Positions 1 through 9,529 of a stretch of 64,000 bases of DNA are shown here, piece by piece; positions within the stretch are counted from its first letter, which is position 1; every line of letters starts with the position of its first letter. This DNA comes from an uncultured Armatimonadetes bacterium (GTDB taxonomy: Bacteria; Armatimonadota; Hebobacteria; Hebobacterales; Hebobacteraceae), in NCBI GenBank assembly GCA_963716175.1, contig OY970296.1:4320001-4384000 (forward strand), in the 5' to 3' direction. The translations under genes were made by a program, and so were the position numbers. Below the pieces are notes generated by a model, which had not been told where the DNA came from, did no database searches, and worked only from the letters and a program-made list of their open reading frames with translations.

Positions 1-258
1 CCACAGCCCTCCCGGGGTCTCCGCAACACTCGCTGCCATGGTATTCCTGGGAAGCACAGGGGGATGAGCGGGCAGGCAGAGAGAAATGAGCGCAGCGCGC
101 GGCCGCCTTCGGGCCCGGCGCACCTTCTGGTGCGAGAGGCTCGGTCACGTGCCCGGCAGCGATAGAGCCAGCTGCCGTCGGCGCGCTGGGAGCCGGGCGA
201 TGCGGCCTCTCGGGCGAGTCCCTGGCTGCACTCGGGATGACATGTCTACGGTACACAG

Positions 259-1431
259 ATGATGGCTAGCAGGCCGGCGCGGCGGTTCTCTATCTTCTAC
301 TTCCTGCTGTTCCTGCCAGTGGGGATGCAGGCCCCTTATCTCTTCCTCTTTTTCAAGCGGCAGGGCTTCACTGACGCGCAGCTCGGCACGTTGGCGGCGA
401 TCACGCCGATCGTGAACATGCTTGCCCCGCCGCTCTGGGGCGCAATCGCAGACGGATTGGGAGACCGAAGGCGAATGCTCGTGATCCTGCTGGCCGCGGC
501 CGCGCTCTCCTTCCCGTGGCTGATGTGGTCGCGCAGCTTCGAGCTGACTTTGGCGCTGCTGGCGGTGTTCTCTGCCTTCGCCTTCGCGCCCGCCCCCATC
601 GCCGATGCCATCGCGCTGGAGAACCTGAAGCGGGCGGGTGGAGACTACGGACGGCTGCGGCTGTGGGGGTCCATCGGATTTGCCGCGCCACTGCTCGTGT
701 TCGGCCTGGTGCTGAAGCGGGGCGCGGAGGAGTCCGCCGCCAGTCTTTACCCCATCTTCGTCGGCTATGCTGTCTTCCGGCTGATCTCGGTGGCCTGGGT
801 GGGTCTGCTGCCGCGCTCCCGCGGCCACGGGGGGAGGTGGTTCGACCTGCGCGGCGCCCGGCCCTTCGCCAACCCGCGGTTCCTGGCGCTGGCGCTGTGT
901 GCCATGGCCGCCACCGGCGCGATGTCGGCCTACTACCTCTACTTCTCCATCTACCTCGATGCGGTGGGAATCGCAGATAACCTGAAGGGTTACTTCTGGG
1001 CGCTGGCGGTGGGGGCAGAGACGGCGATGATGGTGGTGATCGGCCGCGTGATGAGACGCATCGGAATCAAGTGGACATTCGTGCTGGGGATGCTGGGGTG
1101 CGCGCTTCGGCTTTTCGCCTTTTCCTTCCCCCTGCCGGTGCTGGGGATTGCGGCGGCCCAGCTCCTCCACGCGCTCACGCTTACCGCCTTCACCGTGTCC
1201 GCGATCATGTTCGTGAGCCGGATGACGCCGCCGCACCTGCGGGCGAGCGGGCAGGCGCTGTGGGCGGCCCTCACCAGCGGTGTGGGGTCGGCCGCCGGCT
1301 CCAAGCTAGCTGGCCTGGCGGCCGCGGCCTGGGGGTTGCTGCCGATGTACCGGGCCTTCTCCCTGGTTGCCGCAGGAGCGCTGGTGGCGGCCATCGTCCT
1401 GGTGCGGGAGCCCGACGAAGAAGCGCGATAG
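259..1431 (+). CDS. MFS transporter (MFS_1_like, sugar/nucleoside permease-like)
   Basis: 390 aa with about 12 hydrophobic segments; motif-A-like WGAIADGLGDRR and YGRLRLWGSIGF are typical of this MFS branch. Confidence 0.85.
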   Translation: MMASRPARRFSIFYFLLFLPVGMQAPYLFLFFKRQGFTDAQLGTLAAITPIVNMLAPPLWGAIADGLGDRRRMLVILLAAAALSFPWLMWSRSFELTLALLAVFSAFAFAPAPIADAIALENLKRAGGDYGRLRLWGSIGFAAPLLVFGLVLKRGAEESAASLYPIFVGYAVFRLISVAWVGLLPRSRGHGGRWFDLRGARPFANPRFLALALCAMAATGAMSAYYLYFSIYLDAVGIADNLKGYFWALAVGAETAMMVVIGRVMRRIGIKWTFVLGMLGCALRLFAFSFPLPVLGIAAAQLLHALTLTAFTVSAIMFVSRMTPPHLRASGQALWAALTSGVGSAAGSKLAGLAAAAWGLLPMYRAFSLVAAGALVAAIVLVREPDEEAR

Positions 1432-1657
1432 GCCTGGTGCGTCCGGAAAGAGCGAGCATCCTCCCCCTCCGATTGCTCCCCCTCCCCTCTCGATTCTCCC
1501 CCCTGTCCCCTCGCCTGGGAGCGGCAGGAATGCGCCTGGCCGCCCTAGAGCTGGCAATCTCAGGCGCCCATCTGGTGATAATCCAGGTAGCTGAGTTGGG
1601 CGGCGGGCATCCTACTTCGCCAGGGCTTCGTAGGATACCCGCCCTACAGGAGGCTAC

Positions 1658-4414
1658 ATGTCGCGGTCCGGGATGGAGAGAGGCGGCGGGCCTGCCCGCC
1701 CTGTAGTTCACGTTCTAGCCGCACTGCTGTGTGCGCTGCTGGCGCTCGGGCTGTTCGCCGGCGGCGCCAGTGCCAGCGGGGGGGTCATCTTCTCAGACGA
1801 CTTCGAATCTGCCTTCAGGGGGTGGACCACCTCGGGAAGGCCGAGGTGGTCCACGGACAGTCCCAAGATCGGCACCCACGCGGTCAGGATACCTAGGAAC
1901 TCGAGTATCCAGCGGACTGTCTCCACCGTCGGTTGGCAGGACATCAAGGTTTCGTTCTGGCTAGGCGCTAGACTCAGACGGTCAGGCGCGAGCTTCCAGG
2001 CGCTGTGGTTCGACGGTGTCACCTGGGAGCTGCTCAAGGGGTTCTACACCGGCAACCCGGAGGCGGACGGACAGCTTCACTACTGCGAGTACTCGCTGCC
2101 GCCCACGGCAGCGAACAACAGCAAGTTCGCACTGCGCTTCCGGCTGAGCAGCAGATCTCACCACGATGCCGGCTACGTGGACGATGTCGCAGTGAACGCT
2201 GACAGCCCGTTCATGTACACGCTTACCCTGGCCGGCGCCAGCGGCTCGGTCAAGGTGAACGGCGTCGCCGAGCCCCTCCCCTGGTCCGGCGCTTTCGGCT
2301 ATGGCGCGACCGTGGTGCTGCAGGCGGAGCCCGACAGCGGCTATCACTTCACGGGCTGGTCGGGTGCTCTCACCGGCTCAGATAACCCCGCCATTATCCT
2401 CATGGATCGGAACAAGGACATCACCGCGAGCTTCGCGGTGAACAGCTACCGGCTGGCTATGGGCAGCGGAACGGGGCATGGCAGCGTGAAGGTGGACGGC
2501 GTCCTGCAGTCGCTGCCCTGGGTCGGCACCTTTGACGACGGCACCGCGGTGCTGCTCGAGGCCGTCCCGGATGCCAGCTACCACTTCACGGGCTGGGCCG
2601 GAGGGCTGACCGGGACCACCAATCCCGAGTTCATCACCATGGACGGCAACCAGAGCGTCTCCGCCGGTTTCGCCAGCGATACCTATGTGCTCCACCTCTC
2701 CGGCAGTGGCGGTGTCAACGTGGACGGCGTGTACCTCGCCCTGCCTGACACCGTCATCGCAGCCCACGGCAGCACAGTGACGCTGGAGGCCGTTCCTGCC
2801 GAGGGCTGGCATTTCACAGGGTGGTCAGGCGATCTCTCCGGGACCGCCAGCCCCACATCCCTACTCATGGACTCCGACAAGAGCGTGACAGTCGAGTCTG
2901 CCATCAACCAGTACGACCTCCACCTGTCCGGCACCGGAAACGGAAGCGTGAGGGTGGAGGGCACAGATCATCCCCTCCCCTGGTCGGGGACGTTCAGTTA
3001 CGGTGACATTCTCGTGCTCGAAGCGCTGCCGTCGGCGGGCTCGCACTTCATGTCCTGGCTGGGCGATCTGCACAGCTCGGCGAACCCGACGGTGATCACC
3101 ATGGACGGCGCCAAGAATATCGTCGCCAGCTTCGGACTCGACACCTACACGCTTACGGTCACCGGAAGCGACGGGACGGTGGAAGTCAACGGCGTCCCCA
3201 AGATACTGCCGTGGTCTGGCCCCTTCGCGGCCGGAGAGGTGGCGAACCTGAAGGCCGTGCCCTCCGAGGGCTACCACTTCGTCTCCTGGTCGGGCGACCT
3301 CATCGGCTCGGCCAATCCGACGGCGATCAGCATGGATGGTGACCACATGGTCGCGGCCGAGTTCGGAGTGGATTCATGCAACCTCACCGTCACCGGGGTA
3401 CACGGCTCGCTGAACGTGGACAGCGTCCCCCAGGCGCTGCCCTACTCTGCCACCTACGATTACGGGGCGGTGGTGTCGCTGGAGGCCCTGCCCGACATTG
3501 GCTACCAGTTCACCGGATGGTCAGGTGATATCACCGGCCCAGCCAATCCTGTTGATGTCACCATCGCCGGCAATACCAACATCGGCGCCAACTTCAACGC
3601 GAACAGCTACACCTTGAACCTGTTCGGCGCCGGGGGTGAGGTGAAGGTGAACGGTGTGGCGCAATCCCTTCCCTGGTCGGGCGACTACGACTACGGCGTG
3701 AGCGTCACGCTGGAGGCGGTGCCGGATTCCTGCATGCGCTTCTCCGGCTGGTCGGGGGACGTGGTGACATGGGACAATCCGACAGCGGTTGCCGTGGACG
3801 GAAACAAGAGCATCACCGCGGAGTTCGACTCCATTGTGATCTTCAGCGACGTGGGTTGCGACTTCTGGGCGGCGCGCGAGATCGCGGCCTGCTCGTTCCA
3901 GGGTATTGTCGCCGGCTACCCGGATGGCAGCTACAAGCCGACTGCATCCGTGACGCGCGATCAGATGGCTGTCTACATCTCGCGTGCGCTGGCGGGCGGA
4001 GATGCGCTGGTGCCAAGCGGACCGACACAACCCTCCTTCCCGGACGTTCCGGCCGATCACTGGGCCTTCAAGTACGTCGAGTTCGCCCGGTCCCAGCAGA
4101 TCGTCCAGGGCTATCCGGATGGAAGCTATCAGCCTGCCGTGGCGCTCGATCGGGGGCAGATGGCAGTGTTCATCGCCCGCGCCGTCGCCACACCGACGGA
4201 CCGACTCGACCTGGCCAGCTACAGCCCGCCAACCACGGCCACCTTCGCGGATGTCCCCGCCAGCTTCTGGTCCTTCAAGTACATCGAGTACATCGCCCAG
4301 CCCAGCATCGGCGTGGCTCACGGCTACACGGATGGTCTCTATCACCCAGAGTACCTGTGCAGCCGAGACCAGATGGCAGTCTACATCCAGCGCGCGTTCA
4401 AACTGCCGCTGTAG
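1658..4414 (+). CDS. Secreted surface protein: N-terminal beta-sandwich domain, 7 divergent InlB B-type repeats, 3 C-terminal SLH domains
   Basis: AGGAGG RBS before ATG 1658; signal-like hydrophobic stretch; seven ~77-aa repeats (YxLx...GSVKVNG...LEAVPxxGYxFxGWSGDxxGxxNP...ITAxF); three GYPDGxYxP...RxQMAxYIxRA SLH units. Confidence 0.85.
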   Translation: MSRSGMERGGGPARPVVHVLAALLCALLALGLFAGGASASGGVIFSDDFESAFRGWTTSGRPRWSTDSPKIGTHAVRIPRNSSIQRTVSTVGWQDIKVSFWLGARLRRSGASFQALWFDGVTWELLKGFYTGNPEADGQLHYCEYSLPPTAANNSKFALRFRLSSRSHHDAGYVDDVAVNADSPFMYTLTLAGASGSVKVNGVAEPLPWSGAFGYGATVVLQAEPDSGYHFTGWSGALTGSDNPAIILMDRNKDITASFAVNSYRLAMGSGTGHGSVKVDGVLQSLPWVGTFDDGTAVLLEAVPDASYHFTGWAGGLTGTTNPEFITMDGNQSVSAGFASDTYVLHLSGSGGVNVDGVYLALPDTVIAAHGSTVTLEAVPAEGWHFTGWSGDLSGTASPTSLLMDSDKSVTVESAINQYDLHLSGTGNGSVRVEGTDHPLPWSGTFSYGDILVLEALPSAGSHFMSWLGDLHSSANPTVITMDGAKNIVASFGLDTYTLTVTGSDGTVEVNGVPKILPWSGPFAAGEVANLKAVPSEGYHFVSWSGDLIGSANPTAISMDGDHMVAAEFGVDSCNLTVTGVHGSLNVDSVPQALPYSATYDYGAVVSLEALPDIGYQFTGWSGDITGPANPVDVTIAGNTNIGANFNANSYTLNLFGAGGEVKVNGVAQSLPWSGDYDYGVSVTLEAVPDSCMRFSGWSGDVVTWDNPTAVAVDGNKSITAEFDSIVIFSDVGCDFWAAREIAACSFQGIVAGYPDGSYKPTASVTRDQMAVYISRALAGGDALVPSGPTQPSFPDVPADHWAFKYVEFARSQQIVQGYPDGSYQPAVALDRGQMAVFIARAVATPTDRLDLASYSPPTTATFADVPASFWSFKYIEYIAQPSIGVAHGYTDGLYHPEYLCSRDQMAVYIQRAFKLPL

Positions 4415-4439
4415 CCAGGCGAAGGGAAGTACAAAAGCG

Positions 4440-4470
4440 AGGCGGAGTCCGCCCAGGGCGGACTCCGCCT
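4440..4470. terminator. Hairpin, probable bidirectional terminator between convergent genes
   Basis: aggcggagtccgcc-cag-ggcggactccgcct, a 14-bp perfect stem between the SLH gene and prepilin gene 1. Confidence 0.65.
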
Positions 4471-4512
4471 TCACTTACCCGGCCGGCACAGGCTCAGCGG
4501 CCCTACAGCACC

Positions 4513-5526
4513 TTACGGAGACGGCGCGACAAAGGACCCGCAGATCTCCAGGCCCTCCAAGGGCGCGGCCGTCCTGCCAGAGCCGTGGCCCTCGTCACCG
4601 CCGAACAGGATCGCCTCAGAGGGCATCCAGGCGGCATGGCCGTCGGCGAAGCCGATGTTGCTACCCCCCAGATGACGGGAGCCCGCGTGATCCTTGCGGT
4701 ACTGGGGGTCGGTTCCGAATCGCTTGTCCCCGGCGCCGCAATCCTGGGTCCAGGAGCAGTTCACCCAGTCCGCACACGGGCCGTCGCGATCATTGCCGAC
4801 CGCGGTGCTGCAAGCTGCGCCGTCGAGGCGACAGACGTCGGGGTAGGCGATCCAGGAGGACCTGGCGAGTTCCATCTGGGCCCCGGCATCGGCGCAGACC
4901 ACCTTCTTGGCTGGGTCGTTCACCCGGCTGGTGTTCTCGTCCATGGAATGCCAGTTGGCGACCCCGATGCCAAACTCTACGCCGCCGGTTTCAGGGCCGG
5001 CGCAGACCTCAATCTGTTGGTAGGAGTCAGTGATGCTTCCTCCCCATCCTGGAGGGAATGCGATGTTGTCCGCGTTGTTGTAGCTGCAGTCGTCATTGTG
5101 GCCATTCTCCATGGCGGTGAACCAGTCCGGCACGCCGGGGTTGACCATGAAGGTCTGCGTGTAGCGCGCGCTGGGACAGCGCCAGATATCGCGGTTCCTG
5201 ATGTACTCGTCGAGGATGACGGGCCAGCGCAGGTAGGGATTCGCCTCCCAGGACCAGCATGAGCAGTTCACGCCGTCGTGGTCGTTGAACCACTGCACCA
5301 CCTCCGGGCGATGCTCGCTGGGTGGGAACCGGTCGTAGTCCGTGAGATACATCTGCAGCGCCAAGGCGATGTTCTTCACATTGGCAAGACACTGAATCTT
5401 GCGCGCCGACTCACGCGCACGCGCAAATACCGGAAACAGCATTCCGGCCAGGATCGCGATGATCGCGATCACAACCAGCAACTCGATGAGGGTGAAACCT
5501 TTCGACGCCTTCCTGACCACCGGCAT
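4513..5526 (-). CDS. Prepilin-type N-terminal cleavage/methylation, DUF1559-like, H-X9-DG protein (copy 1)
   Basis: KG^[17 protein letters not shown] class III signal; [16 protein letters not shown]; C-terminal [14 protein letters not shown]; start moved to ATG 5526 by AGGAGA spacing. Confidence 0.9.
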   Translation of the reverse strand: MPVVRKASKGFTLIELLVVIAIIAILAGMLFPVFARARESARKIQCLANVKNIALALQMYLTDYDRFPPSEHRPEVVQWFNDHDGVNCSCWSWEANPYLRWPVILDEYIRNRDIWRCPSARYTQTFMVNPGVPDWFTAMENGHNDDCSYNNADNIAFPPGWGGSITDSYQQIEVCAGPETGGVEFGIGVANWHSMDENTSRVNDPAKKVVCADAGAQMELARSSWIAYPDVCRLDGAACSTAVGNDRDGPCADWVNCSWTQDCGAGDKRFGTDPQYRKDHAGSRHLGGSNIGFADGHAAWMPSEAILFGGDEGHGSGRTAAPLEGLEICGSFVAPSP

Positions 5527-5630
5527 AGCCAATCTCCTGACAACGGTTTCGACTTCCGACTCCGATCCGAACGGCCCGACGTTGTGATGTCCTTCCTCTC
5601 ACCTCCTCCCCGCGCGGCCCGCGGGGACAG

Positions 5631-5661
5631 CGAAAACGAAAAGGCGCGTCGCCGACGCGCC
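5631..5661 (-). terminator. Intrinsic terminator-like hairpin upstream of prepilin gene 1
   Basis: Minus strand ggcgcgtc-ggc-gacgcgcc followed by ttttcgttttcg, about 105 nt upstream of the start codon. Confidence 0.55.
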
Positions 5662-6003
5662 CTGGAAACACCCTCTCGTCAACAGCACTTGCCGCCGTCC
5701 AGACAATAGAGCCGGGGCTTCCATCCATTCCTCACCTGCAACAACCTGCCGGCCACATGGTCGTTGCCCCACTACTACGGCAAACGCTGCCTCTCTTTAG
5801 TTCTACCCACTCTGGCCTGCCGTTACGCCTACTGGAGATCACTCCACGCCAGGAGCCCGGGAGCCAGGGCCGGGCCGGGGCCTGGGTTCACGCGGTGGGC
5901 CTGCCCGGCCCACCGTCCCCGGCCGACAGGAGGTCAACACGGTGGGCCCACGGAAGATGGTGAAGCGGCTGTGCAACCCCAAGGCTCGTGTGCGAGGTGC
6001 GAG

Positions 6004-6783
6004 ATGAAGATCTACATTCTGTGCGACATGGAAGGGACGTCGGGCATCTGGAGACGTGAGCAGACAGACAGCAGTTCGCCCCATTACCAGCAAGGCCGCG
6101 AGCTGCTGATGGCCGATGTGAACGCGGCCATCCAGGGCGCCTACGAGGGCGGCGCCACCGAGCTGGTGGTGTGTGACACCCACGGCGGCGGAGCGAACTT
6201 CCTGATCGAGAAGCTGGATCCGCGCCCCAGGTACGAGAACCCATGTGCGTTCTCGCCGCTGCCCTCCATTGACGAGACCTTCGCCGGCTTGATCCTGACC
6301 GGGCATCATGCCATGGCCGGCACGCTGAACGGCTTCCTCGACCACACCCAGAGTTCGGCGAGCTGGTTCCAGTACCGGATCAACGGGCAGGCGGTGGGTG
6401 AGATGGGCCAGGAGACGGCCTACGCGGGTCACTTCGGCGTGCCGCTGATCATGGTCACCGGTGATGAAGCGGCGTGCCGGGAAGCGGAATCCCAGTTCCC
6501 CGGGATCGTCGCAGTAGCAGTGAAGCGCGGGCTAGGCCGGAACCACGCTTGCTGCCTCCATCCGGAAAGGGCGCGCGAGCTGATCCGCCAGGGCGCGGCG
6601 GAGGCGGTGCGCAAGGCGAAGACGCTGCAGCCATGGCGCTTGAGCCCACCCATCACGCTCGAGCTGACTTACTACCGCAGCGACATGGCGGATTCGGCCG
6701 CGGCCCGTTCCGGGAATGAGCGCGTCGACGCGCGCACGGTAAGGCGGATCGTACAGAGCGCGGCCGAGGTGCTCGAGATCTGA
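6004..6783 (+). CDS. Peptidase M55 family (D-aminopeptidase DppA-like)
   Basis: MKIYILCDMEGTSG (DxEG metal motif), DTHGGG, GHHAMAG, LDHTQSS, VGEMG; start taken at ATG 6004. Confidence 0.88.
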   Translation: MKIYILCDMEGTSGIWRREQTDSSSPHYQQGRELLMADVNAAIQGAYEGGATELVVCDTHGGGANFLIEKLDPRPRYENPCAFSPLPSIDETFAGLILTGHHAMAGTLNGFLDHTQSSASWFQYRINGQAVGEMGQETAYAGHFGVPLIMVTGDEAACREAESQFPGIVAVAVKRGLGRNHACCLHPERARELIRQGAAEAVRKAKTLQPWRLSPPITLELTYYRSDMADSAAARSGNERVDARTVRRIVQSAAEVLEI

Positions 6784-6893
6784 GGAGAGAGGGGGGCAGG
6801 CAGAGATGGCGAGGCCGCCTGGGGCGGCAGTCAACGGATGAGATGCAGGGCCCTTGAGGGGACGAGAATCCCGCTGCCTATGGAGAATGAAGC

Positions 6894-8736
6894 GTGCTCG
6901 TGGAGCGTTATGCCAAGAAGATCGGGCGCTTGCTGCTGCCCGCCGAGAGGTACCATCCATTCCCGACGGCCGATGAACGAGAAGCCTGGGAGGCGCTGCC
7001 GGCGGCGGTGAGGGCGGCCGCGGTGCGCCGGGGGAAGCAATTGCTCGGCCATCACTGGCCTCAACTGCCCGCGACCCTGTACTCTCGAGTTCGCGCGCAC
7101 CGGCGACCGCCAGCACTACGAGGCCCCCTATTTCGGGCGCCGACAGGCACTCGGGAGCCTGGTGCTAGCCGAGTGCATGGAGGGGAAGAACCGCTTCCTC
7201 AATGACATCGTGAACGGCCTGTGGGCGATCTGTGAGGAGTCGAGCTGGTGCATTTCCGCCCATAATGCCGGCGGCGCGCTGCCCGAGGTGACTGACCCCA
7301 TCGTTGACCTGTTCGCGGCGGAGACGGGCGCCCTGCTCGCGTGGACCTGGTTCCTGCTGCGGGGGCGGCTGGCGGCCGTGGACCCGCGCCTGCCCGCCCG
7401 CATCGAGACCGAGGTGAGGGCGCGCGTTCTCGATCCATTCCTGGTGCGGAACGACTTCTGGTGGATGGGGCTGGGGCCCCGCCCGCGACTCAACAACTGG
7501 TCACCTTGGTGCAGCTCGACTTGCCTGGCGGCCTTCGCCCTGCTGGAATCGGACCCGCGCCGCCGGCCGGAGGCGGTCGTGAAGTCTCTCGGGATCCTGG
7601 ACCGCTTCCTGGCGAGCTACCACCCCGATGGAGGCTGCGACGAGGGGCCGAGCTACTGGACGGTCGCCGGGGGAGCGCTTTTCGACTGCCTCGAGCTGCT
7701 CATGGGGGCTACCCGCGGCGGCATCAACGTGTACGACGAGCCACTCATCCAGGAGATCGGTCGCTACATCTACCGCGCCCATATCAGTGACGACTACTTC
7801 GTGAACTTCGCCGACTGCCCCGGGAAAGTGCAGGTGCCCGCGGGGCTGATCTACCGCTACGGGCGACGCATTGGTGACCCGCGCATGGCGTCGTTCGGCT
7901 CGTACTGCTACCGCAAGCAGGGCCCGAACTCGCTGCTCCGAGGGTCGCTGCAGCGGGTGCTGCCCAATCTGTTCTCGGCCACGGGGATCGGGCGCCGCGG
8001 CCCGGCGCCCTTCGTGCGCGACGTCTGGCTCGAGGGCACGCAGCTTATGGTGGCGCGGGAGCGGGCCCGGGCGGACCGCGGCCTCTATCTGGCGGCCAAG
8101 GGCGGCCACAACGCCGAGAGCCACAACCACAACGACGTGGGTCAGTTCCTGGTGTACTCCGACGGGGAGCCGGTGCTGGTGGACCCGGGCGTGGGTGTCT
8201 ACACCCGGGAGACGTTCAGCGATCGCCGCTATGAGATCTGGACCATGCAGTCGGCGTACCACAACCTGCCCACGGTGAACGGGGTGCAGCAGGGTGTGGG
8301 CGAGCGGTTCCGCGCGACCCAGGTGCGCTATCAGCTGGACGAGGAGGCGGCCGCACTCAGCCTGAACCTCGCCCGCGCCTACCCGAAGGAGAGCGGGATC
8401 GAATCCTGGCGGCGCACCTGCCGGCTCGACCGTGCCGCACAGGCGGCTGAGGTCAGCGATGAGTTCGCGCTGGCGCGACCCACCAGGGACCTGACACTGT
8501 CGCTTCTGACCCCCTGGCAGCCTCGACGCGTTGGCAAGGATACCATCGCGCTGCGAACGAAGACGCACACGGTTCGACTGACGTTCAGCCCGGGCCTGGA
8601 GGCCGAGATCGAGACCATCCGCCTGGATGATGCCCGTCTGCAGAGCGCCTGGGGGAAGCGCATGTACCGGCTGCGGCTCCGGCCGCGCCGCGTGGCCGCG
8701 AAGGGCATGTGGAGGCTGCGACTAACGCGGGCATGA
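6894..8736 (+). pseudogene. Heparinase II/III family protein interrupted by a +1 frameshift at about 7083 (pseudogene or sequencing error)
   Basis: Upstream frame ...WPQLPATLY joins LEFARTGDRQHYEAPYF...LAECMEG if the extra T at 7083 is removed; NNWSPWC, DGGCDEGPSYW and KGGHNAESHNHNDVG motifs. Confidence 0.75.
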
Positions 8737-9303
8737 CGGGTCGGCAAGCTCTTCGATCAGCCTCCGACCCAGGGCTTCGGCCTTGGCGAGGAGGTCGGGC
8801 CGGGCGGCGGCAGCGCCTACCGGGCCAAGCTCGGCCTCGGCCATCACCGACACTTCGCCGAAGTCACCCATCCAGCCGAGGTAGAAGGGCACGGTGTCGG
8901 CAACGCGCTGGTAGTCCGGCCGCGCTTTGTCCATGTAGGTGACGATCATCGCCGCCCGCCGTCTGCCGGGAAGGCGGTTCTCCCCCTCCCAGCAGCAACC
9001 GCGATCGAAGAAGCTCTTGAACTGCCCGGACAGTCCGTCGCGGTAGATGGGAGATGCCAGGATCCAGACATCGGCGAGGCGCAAGGCCGCGAGCACCGGG
9101 GTCAGATCGTCGCGTAGGATGCACTCGCCCTCCGGCGCGCACTTCTCGCAGGCCTGGCACCCCCGGAAGGTCAAGTCGTTGAGGTGAATCAGAGCGACGT
9201 CGGCTCCCGCGGAGGCCGCGCCCTTCAGCGCCGCCTTCAGCAGCGTAGTCGAGTTGCCCATGCGACGAGGGCTGCCTGCAACGCCAATCACCTTAGAGCG
9301 CAT
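8722..9303 (-). CDS. Iron-sulfur flavoprotein / NADPH-dependent FMN reductase (flavodoxin fold)
   Basis: GSPRRMGNS phosphate-binding loop; CQACEKC-x5-C cluster motif; LASPIY...FKSFFDR. Confidence 0.85.
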   Translation of the reverse strand: MRSKVIGVAGSPRRMGNSTTLLKAALKGAASAGADVALIHLNDLTFRGCQACEKCAPEGECILRDDLTPVLAALRLADVWILASPIYRDGLSGQFKSFFDRGCCWEGENRLPGRRRAAMIVTYMDKARPDYQRVADTVPFYLGWMGDFGEVSVMAEAELGPVGAAAARPDLLAKAEALGRRLIEELADPSCPR

Positions 9304-9379
9304 TTCATAACCTACCTGCCGGCTGGCCGCACCACGCCCTCGCATGAAATGCGCCTGCCACGGCCTGACGTTGTGCAGT

Positions 9380-9418
9380 GCTGTTTCATAACCTCCCCAG
9401 CGGAGGTTATGAAACAGC
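9380..9418. repeat. Perfect 17-bp inverted repeat
   Basis: gctgtttcataacctcc-ccagc-ggaggttatgaaacagc. Confidence 0.8.
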
Positions 9419-9420
9419 TT

Positions 9421-9529
9421 CTACTGACGTTCGCGCAATGAAGTAACATTGTGCGAACGTCTTTTCTTCAGCCATTTCCTGGCTCTCTGATGAATGCCGC
9501 CCGTTACTTCGTTGGGCGACATTCATTAG
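9421..9529. repeat. Double-hairpin element with GAAGTAA loops (copy 1)
   Basis: ctactgacgttcgcgc-aatgaagtaacatt-gtgcgaacgtc ... tgaatgccgccc-gttacttcgtt-gggcgacattcattag; near-identical to 44604-44711. Confidence 0.85.

Noticed and set aside
1455-1512. C-rich low-complexity tract with imperfect cccctc..gatt repeats
   Set aside because: Only two to three degenerate units with no supportable function, although the G-rich opposite strand could form a quadruplex
4513-5526. Diversity-generating retroelement as the source of prepilin variability
   Set aside because: No reverse transcriptase and no template/variable repeat pair differing only at adenines; paralogues differ by indels throughout
5660-5700. 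GTTGACGAG on the minus strand, reminiscent of the glmS ribozyme core
   Set aside because: The AGCGCC cleavage-site segment and other paired regions are missing, and no glmS gene follows
8760-8795. LLAKAEALGRR resembling an intragenic palindromic insert
   Set aside because: Matches the normal C-terminal helix of flavodoxin-fold reductases
9421-9529. CRISPR interpretation of the GAAGTAA hairpins
   Set aside because: Units are inverted pairs scattered at three loci, not direct repeats with unique spacers; no cas genes
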